Position numbers and translations under genes: made by a program. From assembly GCA_016927565.1 (NCBI GenBank), contig JAFGMK010000015.1:1149-65148 (forward strand): a DNA stretch of 64,000 bases. The letters are read 5' to 3'. This DNA is from Minisyncoccota bacterium (lineage in GTDB: Bacteria > Patescibacteriota > Microgenomatia > PFEM01 > JAFGMK01). Below are positions 19,618 through 27,614 of this stretch, in pieces. The first letter of the stretch is position 1, and the number at the start of each line of letters is the position of its first letter. The notes beneath the pieces were generated by a model. The model saw only the letters and a program-made list of their open reading frames with translations. It was not told the DNA's origin and ran no database searches.

Positions 19618-21588
19618 ATGGACTTGGAAAAAATAAAACTGATAGAAAATGATGATTCTTCTGCTTCCGCGGAGGAAGTGGACAAAAAGCGTCCGGAAAA
19701 TAAAAAAAGGTTTTTTTTATTCAGACCCGGTGTCCTTCTTATCTTGTCAGGTCTTCTGATTTTAGCAGGGGCTGCGTTGATTTTTTTTCTGGTTTCGCCC
19801 GCCCGCCGTCTCCAGAGTAGTTTTTCGCTTTTGAATCAGGAACTGGGGAAAACGGCTGTTCTTTTTGAAACCCAGGATTTCAAAGGCGCTCTGGCTCAAG
19901 CAGAGGTGATTGATCAGAGTTTGGGAGAAGTAGCCGATGACTATCAAAAACTGACCTGGATCCGGATTCTGCCGTATTTCGGCCGTTTTTATCAGGATGG
20001 AGAGCATTTCTTAAAAGGGGGCCGGCATTTAATCTCTGCTGCCAAAATTACTACAACAGCGCTTCTGCCTTATTATGACCTTCTGGGTTTTGAAAAAGCC
20101 GGAACTCCATCGGCTCCGATGACGATCGAGGAGCGTTTGGCTTTGGTTCTTGACACTCTGGACAAGATAATGCCTCAGGTTGATGAGATCAGCCGGGAAC
20201 TTTCTTTGGCCAAAACTGAAATTGACAAGGTTGATTCCGGCCGATATCCCGAGGAGCTTTTTGGCCAAAAAATCAGGAGCCGGCTGATTGGAGCCGGTAA
20301 TTTAATAAAGGGACTGGAGTTGACGGTTGCCGAAATTAAGCCGATTGCGGCCTATCTTAAACCTCTTTTGGGGATTCCGGAGAAGAAAACCTATTTCTTG
20401 CTTTTTCAGAATGATGCTGAGCTCAGGCCAAGCGGCGGTTTTATGACGGCCTATGCTTTTTTATCGGTTCATCAGGGTAAATTTACTCCGCTGGAGTCCC
20501 ATGATATTTACTGGCTTGATAATCAATTCGGCAATCGGCTTAAAGCGCCCGAACCGATTTTAAAATACTTACCGAATGTTGATTCATGGCATTTAAGAGA
20601 TATGAATTTATCACCTGATTTTGCTGCTTCGATGGCTGTTTTTTGGGAAAATTATCAAAAGCTTCCCGGGGCCCAAAAGGTTGATGGAATTATTGCTTTG
20701 GATACGAAAGTTTTGGTATCTATTTTGGAAGTTTTGGGTGAAATCGGTGTTTCCGGTTGGGGTAATTTTTCCGCCGAAACTGATCCGCGCTGCGATTGTC
20801 CTCAGGTTTTCTATGAGCTGGAGCGGTTTGCTGATCAGCCGGTGAGCACCTGGCGGAAGGAGCGGAAAGCCATTATCGGCCCTCTGATGCATTCAATTTT
20901 AGCCAACATTATGAATTCTCCCCGGAAAAAATGGCCGGAATTTCTGAATGTTTTCTTTACCAGTTTAAAAGAAAAACATTTACTGTTTTATTTTTTTGAC
21001 CCTGATCTCCAGAAAGCGATTGAGGCTTTAAATGCCGGCGGCCGGATCAAAAATTTTGAAGGAGATTATTTTCATCTAAATGACTGTAATTTTGCCGGAG
21101 CCAAGTCTAATATGTATATTCAGCAAACTGTGCTTCAGGATGTTGAGATCAGTTCGGATGGGTCGGTGGCCAAAAAAGTAACTGTGACTTATAAAAACCC
21201 GGCACCAGCGAGCAATTGCAATCTTGAAAAAGGCGAATTGTGTCTTAATGGTTTTTACCGGAACTGGTTCCGGATTTATGTTCCTTTGGGGAGCGAGCTT
21301 CTGGATTTTAAAGGATCCGAAGAGGAAGTCTTGACTTATGATGATTTAGGCAAGACTGTTTTTGAAGGATTCTTCGGCAAAACTCCGGGAACCTCACTTA
21401 AGCCCGAAGGGAAATTAACCTTAACCTTTAATTATCGTTTGCCTTTTAAAGTTAACAAAAGCCAGTTTTATCGTCTTTTAGTTCAGAAACAGCCGGGAGC
21501 CCTGAGTCATGATTATGAGCTCAAAGTTAACAGCCAATCAGAAAACTTTGAATTAAGCTCTGATCAGGAATTTGAGATCCGATGGTAA
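19618..21588 (+). CDS. Large membrane-anchored extracytoplasmic protein, DUF4012-like
   Basis: Single N-terminal TM helix, 650 aa. FLLFQNDAELRPSGGFMTAYAF resembles the conserved DUF4012 core, recalled from memory and not searched. Confidence 0.4.
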   Translation: MDLEKIKLIENDDSSASAEEVDKKRPENKKRFFLFRPGVLLILSGLLILAGAALIFFLVSPARRLQSSFSLLNQELGKTAVLFETQDFKGALAQAEVIDQSLGEVADDYQKLTWIRILPYFGRFYQDGEHFLKGGRHLISAAKITTTALLPYYDLLGFEKAGTPSAPMTIEERLALVLDTLDKIMPQVDEISRELSLAKTEIDKVDSGRYPEELFGQKIRSRLIGAGNLIKGLELTVAEIKPIAAYLKPLLGIPEKKTYFLLFQNDAELRPSGGFMTAYAFLSVHQGKFTPLESHDIYWLDNQFGNRLKAPEPILKYLPNVDSWHLRDMNLSPDFAASMAVFWENYQKLPGAQKVDGIIALDTKVLVSILEVLGEIGVSGWGNFSAETDPRCDCPQVFYELERFADQPVSTWRKERKAIIGPLMHSILANIMNSPRKKWPEFLNVFFTSLKEKHLLFYFFDPDLQKAIEALNAGGRIKNFEGDYFHLNDCNFAGAKSNMYIQQTVLQDVEISSDGSVAKKVTVTYKNPAPASNCNLEKGELCLNGFYRNWFRIYVPLGSELLDFKGSEEEVLTYDDLGKTVFEGFFGKTPGTSLKPEGKLTLTFNYRLPFKVNKSQFYRLLVQKQPGALSHDYELKVNSQSENFELSSDQEFEIRW

Positions 21589-21592
21589 TCAC

Positions 21593-21630
21593 TTAAGAGC
21601 TGGGGGCCGATACTCTCAGGTTTTTGTTGT
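21593..21630 (+). terminator. Possible rho-independent terminator after the glycosylation cluster
   Basis: Imperfect stem cttaagag/ctctcagg (one mismatch, one GU pair) with a 13-nt loop, followed by TTTTTGTTG. Confidence 0.3.
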
Positions 21631-21644
21631 ACGAATGAATTCCA

Positions 21645-22193
21645 ATGAACAATTTTAAAACCGAAGCGATTGTTTTAAAAGCAATCAAATTTGCTGAGGC
21701 TGACCGGCTTTTAACTGTCTTTTCCCGCCATTATGGCCGGGTTAAAGTTTTAGCCAAAGGGATCAGAAAGGTCACCAGCCGCAAAGGGGCCAGCCTGGAA
21801 CTTTTTAACCGGACAAAGCTTGTTTTGGCAAAGGGAAGAAATCTTGATATAATTACCGAAGTTGAAGTTCTTGATGCTTATCGGAATTGGCGGCAGGATT
21901 TAGTCAGAGTCGGTGTCGCCTATTATCTGGTTGAGCTGGTGGAAAGGTTAATTCCTGAAGGGGAAGAGAATCGCCGAGTTTATCGCCTTCTGGTTAACTC
22001 CCTTGAGAATCTCAGTCAGGCTCGGATAGGGGATTTGATAAGGCGATTTGAAGAGGAAATGCTGACGGATTCGGGCTTTGGCATTCCTGAGAACTATCGG
22101 GACAATGCCGCCAGTCTGTCGGCCTACATTGAAGAAATTATTGAAAGAAATTTAAAAAGCAAAGACATTTTAAAGCTGATTAAATATGCCTAA
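21645..22193 (+). CDS. recO: DNA repair protein RecO (short form)
   Basis: N-terminal EAIVLKAIKFAEADRLLTVFSRHYGRVKVLAKGIRK matches the RecO OB-fold consensus. Confidence 0.6.
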   Translation: MNNFKTEAIVLKAIKFAEADRLLTVFSRHYGRVKVLAKGIRKVTSRKGASLELFNRTKLVLAKGRNLDIITEVEVLDAYRNWRQDLVRVGVAYYLVELVERLIPEGEENRRVYRLLVNSLENLSQARIGDLIRRFEEEMLTDSGFGIPENYRDNAASLSAYIEEIIERNLKSKDILKLIKYA

Positions 22194-23556
22194 AAACAAT
22201 CTTTTGGAAAAGATAACAGCGCTTTGCAAAAGGCGGGGTTTTATTTTTCCCTCATCGGGGATTTATGGCGGGATTGCCGGAATTTATGATTATGGCCCGC
22301 TGGGAGTCGCCTTAGCCAAAAATATTAAAGATCTCTGGTGGCAGGATATGGTGGAAAAAAGGACTGATATGTACGGTCTGGACGGATCAATCCTGATGCA
22401 TCCTCGTTCCTGGGAAGCCAGCGGTCATGTTGCCGGTTTTACTGATCCTCTGGTTGATTGCGGCGACTGTCAAAAAAGATTCCGGCCCGACAAGCTTGAG
22501 GGATGGAAATTAAAAAAAGACAATCAAACCGGCCAATTCCGGGTTATTAAGACGGGTTCCCTGAAGTGTCCTGTTTGCGGAGGAAGGCTGATTGCCAAAG
22601 TCAGGCAGTTTAATGTTCTGATGGAAACTTCTCTGGGGGCGATTGAAGGAGAAAAGATGAAAGCCTATCTTAAGGGGGAATCTTGCCAGAACATTTATCT
22701 TGATTTTATTGATATCGTCAACAGCTTTTCACCTAAACTGCCTTTCGGAATTGCTCAGATCGGCAAAGCCTTTAGAAACGAGATCACTTTGGGAAAATTT
22801 ATTTTTAAGACACGGGAATTTGAACAGTTTGACATCGAATATTTTACCCGGCCGCAGGACTCGACAAGATTCTATCGGGAATGGAAAAAAATTCGCTGGG
22901 ACTGGTACCGGAAACGGTTGGGTTTGAAAGAAAAAAATCTCCGCTGGCGCCAACATGACGAGGATGAACGTATTTTTTATGCCAAGGATGCTTGGGACAT
23001 TGATTATTTTTATCCGTGGGGATGGGATGAGCTCGAAGGAGTTCACGATCGGAGTGATTATGACCTGACGCAACACGCCAAATTTTCCGGGAAAAAGCTT
23101 GATATCCCGGATCAGGAAACCAACCAGAGAATTGTTCCTTTCATTGTGGAGTGTTCGGGAGGTGTTGGCCGGACGATGTTAGCAGTGCTGCTCGATGCTT
23201 ATCGGGAGGAAGAGGGGACAAATGGTATTCGAGTATTTTTATCCCTCGATGTTAAAATTGCTCCTTACAAAGTGGCTGTTTTCCCGCTATTGGCCAATAA
23301 GGCTGAGTTGATTAAAAAAGCCAGGTCAGTTTACGAAAATTTAAAGGATCATTTCCGGGTGACCTGGGATGAGATCGGCAATATCGGCAAGCGCTATCGT
23401 CGTCAGGATGAGGCCGGTACTCCCTGGTGTGTGACAATTGATTATCAGTCTCTCAAGGATGAAATGGTGACGGTTAGGGATCGGGATACTATGGCGCAAA
23501 AACGGCTGGCAGTGGCCAGGCTGGCAGATTTTTTTAAAAAAAAGCTGAATAGTTGA
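22186..23556 (+). CDS. glyQS: Glycine--tRNA ligase, single-chain (class II, GlyQS type)
   Basis: IFPSSGIYGGIAGIYDYGPLGV...GFTDPLVDC... and full-length class II architecture. Confidence 0.9.
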   Translation: MPKNNLLEKITALCKRRGFIFPSSGIYGGIAGIYDYGPLGVALAKNIKDLWWQDMVEKRTDMYGLDGSILMHPRSWEASGHVAGFTDPLVDCGDCQKRFRPDKLEGWKLKKDNQTGQFRVIKTGSLKCPVCGGRLIAKVRQFNVLMETSLGAIEGEKMKAYLKGESCQNIYLDFIDIVNSFSPKLPFGIAQIGKAFRNEITLGKFIFKTREFEQFDIEYFTRPQDSTRFYREWKKIRWDWYRKRLGLKEKNLRWRQHDEDERIFYAKDAWDIDYFYPWGWDELEGVHDRSDYDLTQHAKFSGKKLDIPDQETNQRIVPFIVECSGGVGRTMLAVLLDAYREEEGTNGIRVFLSLDVKIAPYKVAVFPLLANKAELIKKARSVYENLKDHFRVTWDEIGNIGKRYRRQDEAGTPWCVTIDYQSLKDEMVTVRDRDTMAQKRLAVARLADFFKKKLNS

Positions 23557-23668
23557 TTAGGGCAATCCCGAGTCGTCGGATATTTTTGATCCCGGATCGG
23601 ATAAGCTGTCTGAGTAACAAAAAGCCAAAAATCTCTTCTGCGGGACGTCTGTATATTACGCCTCGGAG

Positions 23669-24448
23669 ATGAGATTTAGAAAAATGAAAAAAACAGCCAT
23701 TGTTTTAATTATTCTCCTGGTAATCGCGGGTTTAGCCGGGGGTGCTTTTTTTCTTTCCCGGGGCAAAAAGGAAGAAGGAAAGCCGGTATCGACACCGACG
23801 CCTCCGGTTTTTGTTGAAACGACTATTAATGAACGCCCTTTTGTCAGTCTTATCCCTTCAGAAGACGGTCATTGGTTGACGCTTAAAATCGGGCGGATTC
23901 AAAAGGCAGAGACTTTGGAATACGAGCTTTCTTATACCACCGGTGAGGGATTGGTCCAGGGAGCCTATAGCAGTCCTTTTGATCTGGGTGGGGAAACTGA
24001 TTATGAGAGAAAAATTCTTTTAGGGACTGAATCGAGCGGCAGATATCGTTATCACGAGGGAGTTAGGGAGGGGAATATCACTGTTCGTCTTGAGGGCGGT
24101 CCGGGGCCAAGAAAATATGTCAGCGAATTCAAGCTTCAACAGGGGGAAAATAGGCTGGTTTCCCCAGACAACGAGTTTGTCTTGGAGGCTGATTTTAATC
24201 CAGATCAGTTTTATTTGGTTATGCCGACAGCCGGTTTGCCGGGAGAGATAACGATTGAATCCGCCAGTTTGTATGGCGTTTTTACCTCGGGAAAGAACTC
24301 AATAAAAAACGGCCAGGCAGCCATTGGCGATTCAGAAGTTTATTTTTGGAATCTGGGATCCTGGGAATTGCTGGAAAATGGGTCAGCTGATCAGGTAGGA
24401 GTTTTTGCCGGCGCTGCCGGATCTGGTCTGCCTGAGCTGATTGAATAA
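23669..24448 (+). CDS. Hypothetical membrane-anchored extracellular protein
   Basis: N-terminal signal anchor (TAIVLIILLVIAGLAGGAFFL), then a Pro/Thr linker and a beta-rich domain. No motif recognised. Confidence 0.4.
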   Translation: MRFRKMKKTAIVLIILLVIAGLAGGAFFLSRGKKEEGKPVSTPTPPVFVETTINERPFVSLIPSEDGHWLTLKIGRIQKAETLEYELSYTTGEGLVQGAYSSPFDLGGETDYERKILLGTESSGRYRYHEGVREGNITVRLEGGPGPRKYVSEFKLQQGENRLVSPDNEFVLEADFNPDQFYLVMPTAGLPGEITIESASLYGVFTSGKNSIKNGQAAIGDSEVYFWNLGSWELLENGSADQVGVFAGAAGSGLPELIE

Positions 24449-24885
24449 AAAATGACTGAATCTGGTGAGAAAGCTGTTTTTTCCAGAAACAAAAAAACCT
24501 TACCCGCTTCAACCTGACACTTGCAGGAGAGATTGGCGCTGTTTAAAAAACAAAGTGCGAAACTTGCATCATTAGAGTTTTTTTTAACTACTCATTGTTC
24601 GGATAAGCGTTTCACAGTTCCACCCGGGGTAAATAATTTTGGTTTCGTGAACCGGCTCATAATGCCAAAATTAGACTATTTAGCCCAAATTACAAACCTG
24701 GTTAAAAATGGCTTTTTCCCGTCTTTGTCAAAAATTCTGATATACTTATTAAAGCAGGATTTTCCAATCCTTATTGGAGTTGTTGATATCTGGTTGGAAT
24801 TAAGGGTAATTGACCTGATTAATTGTGTTTAGGACATAAGTTTCCGCGCCTGTCATTGTCAGGATTCTAAAAAACCTTTTTAATT

Positions 24886-25731
24886 ATGTGGGAAACAGAC
24901 GATGCCTGGTTGTCTCCAGGTGAGATCGGAGAGGGTTTGTACTCAAGCCCTGAATTATATAGCCGAGCTATTTTACGACGACGGGTTATTCCGGAAACTC
25001 CGGAATCAATGCCCTCTGAAATCCGACTTGATCCTAAATATTATGGTGATTTGGAAACTGCCATTCTTGACACCGGGGGCCAATTTGTCCAGGGCGATGG
25101 TCGGGAAAGATATCAGGGAACATATTTAGGAAAGCCCGGGGCCAGAGATAGTCTGTCCCTGACCCGGACAGAATTGGGCATAGGAACCGAGCATAGCACC
25201 AGTGAATGGTCTGTGGTCCAGGATATTTTGGGAAGAGTCTGTCTTGGAAAAGCTATTGTTGACTATCATACTCATCCTAGGAGTCTTTTGTTTCCGAGCT
25301 TAACTGACGCGGCTCTTTTTCGAGCCGGCTACGGCGGGCATCTTAATTTAATTGGGACTGACGTGGGAGTTTTGGGATTTGCTTCTACGGAAAAGTCATT
25401 ACAGAGACGGATTCCTGCTTTTATTAACCGCCTTTTTTTTGATTCTCACAAAAGGAAACTTAAAAGAGGGGGGTTTAGTTATCCCCAGTTTAACGAGTTA
25501 ATTAGTTTTTGGAGAAGTCTCTTCAAAGATCCTCTGGGCAGGGGACTTAATCATGATCAGGATCAGTATCAGCTAGAAAAGACAGGCAGAGCTCTAGGAT
25601 CAATAGAGGCTGCTGGCCTAACCACCTATTTATGGCTTCCTCAATATGCCCCGCTTGATGGAAATAAATTAGAAGGTGGAATGGTAATGAAAAAAATTTC
25701 AGCTTCAGTTTTTTTTGGCGGGAACAATTAA
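24886..25731 (+). CDS. JAB/MPN+ (JAMM-motif) domain protein with about 100-aa C-terminal extension
   Basis: Exact JAMM signature H-x-H-x7-S-x2-D in DYHTHPRSLLFPSLTD, with an upstream candidate Glu (ELGIGTEHS). No partner E1/E2/Ubl gene adjacent. Confidence 0.55.
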   Translation: MWETDDAWLSPGEIGEGLYSSPELYSRAILRRRVIPETPESMPSEIRLDPKYYGDLETAILDTGGQFVQGDGRERYQGTYLGKPGARDSLSLTRTELGIGTEHSTSEWSVVQDILGRVCLGKAIVDYHTHPRSLLFPSLTDAALFRAGYGGHLNLIGTDVGVLGFASTEKSLQRRIPAFINRLFFDSHKRKLKRGGFSYPQFNELISFWRSLFKDPLGRGLNHDQDQYQLEKTGRALGSIEAAGLTTYLWLPQYAPLDGNKLEGGMVMKKISASVFFGGNN

Positions 25732-25811
25732 CTGGCAATTTCTCCAGCCCTAGTAAAACTAAAACACACCGGGAGCGACAAACAAAACAATAGCGGCGAT
25801 ATATTTTGCCT

Positions 25812-25841
25812 CTTGACAAAGATGTTCAAATTGGTAAAGAA
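25812..25841 (+). promoter_or_regulatory. Candidate sigma70-type promoter upstream of mraZ (TTGACA -35 with a weak -10)
   Basis: Perfect TTGACA at 25812-25817. Only weak -10 candidates (AAGAAT/TAAAGA) at 16-18 nt spacing. Confidence 0.25.
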
Positions 25842-25850
25842 TGGAACAAA

Positions 25851-25880
25851 GTGGTGAAAAGTAGTAATAAGTAGTCAGGG
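25851..25880 (+). promoter_or_regulatory. MraZ-box-like triple direct repeat (GTGGT/GTAGT/GTAGT on a 10-bp register) in the mraZ leader
   Basis: GTGGTGAAAA GTAGTAATAA GTAGTCAGGG immediately 5' of the mraZ GTG start. MraZ operators in other bacteria are three GTG(G/T)-type repeats at 10-bp phasing. Confidence 0.4.
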
Positions 25881-25886
25881 GGCAAG

Positions 25887-26294
25887 GTGTTTTTTGGTGA
25901 ATACCAAATCAAATTTTTAGGCAAGGGCCGGATTGCCCTGCCGAAAAAAATTCGCAGCCGGCTTTCGGGAGACAGGGTAGTTTTAAGCCGCGGTTTCGAA
26001 AGATGCATCTTTGGTTGGGAGAAAAAAACTTGGCAGGAAGCTTCGGCTAAACAAACCGAGGTTCCGGTGACTGAATCAAGGGGCCGGGCTGTCAGGCGTT
26101 ACTTATTTTCGGGGGCGATGATAGTTCAGTTTGACGTTCAGGGAAGAGCAGTTATTCCCAGTTTTTTGCTTGATTATGCCGGAGTGAAAAAAGAAGTGAC
26201 AGTAATAGGAGCAGGTGATCACTTTGAAATTTGGGATACTCAGGCTTGGCAAGAGGAGCTCGGTTCTATCGAAACTGATAAATTGTCAGGCTAG
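25887..26294 (+). CDS. mraZ: Division/cell wall cluster transcriptional regulator MraZ (GTG start)
   Basis: Duplicated MraZ half-domains (GRIALPKKIRSRL... / GRAVIPSFLLDYAG). First gene of the dcw cluster. Confidence 0.85.
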   Translation: MFFGEYQIKFLGKGRIALPKKIRSRLSGDRVVLSRGFERCIFGWEKKTWQEASAKQTEVPVTESRGRAVRRYLFSGAMIVQFDVQGRAVIPSFLLDYAGVKKEVTVIGAGDHFEIWDTQAWQEELGSIETDKLSG

Positions 26295-26413
26295 ATTTTT
26301 TTGAAAAGGGGGCAATTTGATTCACTTAAACGGTGGCCGGATGAGAGAAAAACTTGAACGGCTTTTAAGAGAAGCTGACCCGGAACAGGAAAAATTGAAG
26401 AAGAGGACGCCTC

Positions 26414-27310
26414 GTGTTCAAGATAAAGTTTCATGAGCCGGTCTTAAAAATTGAAGCCTTAGAACTTTTAAAAGTTAAAAAAGGAAAGAAATATCTGGAT
26501 GCCACTGTTGGCGGAGCCGGGCACGCCGAGGAGGTTCTTAAAAAAGGGGGAACTTTACTCGGACTGGACTGCGATCCCCAAGCTCTGGCTTTCAGCAGGA
26601 AGCGCTTGGTTTCTGCCTGCCCTCCAAGCGCTTGCTGCTGGAAGCTGGTTAAAGGTAATTTCGCACGTTTAAAAAAAATTGCCCGGGACGCCGGTTTTTT
26701 ACCGGTTTCAGGGATCATCTTTGATCTGGGAGCTTCCTGGTTTCAACTGAAAGAGCCGGGCCGGGGATTTTCTCTGAGAAGCCGGATTTCTCTGGATATG
26801 AGATTGGATCCGGAAATACCGGTCAGTGCTTTTGACCTGGTTAACCATTTAAGTCAAAAAGAATTGATCTTAATTCTGAGGCGGTTTGGTGAGGAAAGGC
26901 GGGCGAGTCGTATTGTCAGAGAGATAGTTTCAAGCCGCCGGAATAAACCGATCAGGACGGGTGAGGAATTAGCGGAGATCATTGCCTCGGCATTGCCGGG
27001 ACGGAAAGGCCGGATTCATCCGGCAACCCGTTCCTTTCAGGCTTTGAGGATTGCTGTCAATAATGAGTTGGAAAATTTAAGTCAAGCCTTGCCGCAGGCA
27101 GTAGAACTCTTGGAAACGGAAGGTCGTTTGGTGGTAATCAGTTTTCACTCTTTAGAGGATAGAATTGTAAAAAATTTTTTAAGAAATCGGCAAGCCGGAG
27201 GGGAACTTAAGATTTTGACTCCGAAGCCGATCTGCGCTTCGCCGGTGGAGGTCAAAAATAATCCCGGCAGCCGGAGCGCGAAATTAAGAGCAGCCGAAAA
27301 GACAAAATGA
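26414..27310 (+). CDS. rsmH: 16S rRNA (cytosine1402-N4)-methyltransferase RsmH/MraW (GTG start)
   Basis: HEPVL...LDATVGGAGHAEEVL and full-length RsmH architecture, positioned after mraZ. Confidence 0.9.
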   Translation: MFKIKFHEPVLKIEALELLKVKKGKKYLDATVGGAGHAEEVLKKGGTLLGLDCDPQALAFSRKRLVSACPPSACCWKLVKGNFARLKKIARDAGFLPVSGIIFDLGASWFQLKEPGRGFSLRSRISLDMRLDPEIPVSAFDLVNHLSQKELILILRRFGEERRASRIVREIVSSRRNKPIRTGEELAEIIASALPGRKGRIHPATRSFQALRIAVNNELENLSQALPQAVELLETEGRLVVISFHSLEDRIVKNFLRNRQAGGELKILTPKPICASPVEVKNNPGSRSAKLRAAEKTK

Positions 27311-27606
27311 CCAGGAAAAAACAATCGAAATTCTGGCCGGGTTTAAAATATATTTTTGGCGGAATTTTACTGCTTGCTCTGATTCAGCTATTTGCTTCGC
27401 ACCGTTTAGCAACTGCCGGTAAATTGGTAGCTGAAATTGAAGCAGAGGCGGCGGTGATAAAGACGCAAAATGATTATTTTATTGAAGATCTCGACCGCTT
27501 GAGTTCCTTGACGAACATTTCCGGTAAAGCCAGGGGGCTTGGTTTTATTCCCGCCGGCGAAGTCTTGTATCTTGCTCCTCAGATTCCGGTTGCCTTAGGC
27601 CGCTAA
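27307..27606 (+). CDS. ftsL: FtsL-like bitopic cell-division protein
   Basis: 99-aa protein with one TM helix plus a coiled-coil, in the canonical position between rsmH and ftsI. Confidence 0.45.
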   Translation: MTRKKQSKFWPGLKYIFGGILLLALIQLFASHRLATAGKLVAEIEAEAAVIKTQNDYFIEDLDRLSSLTNISGKARGLGFIPAGEVLYLAPQIPVALGR

Positions 27607-27614
27607 AAAAGATT

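Noticed and set aside
24521-24832. 103-aa ORF in the glyQS-mraZ accessory gap
   Set aside because: Atypical amino-acid composition, no start context and no motif. The region is more likely non-coding (see the gap finding).
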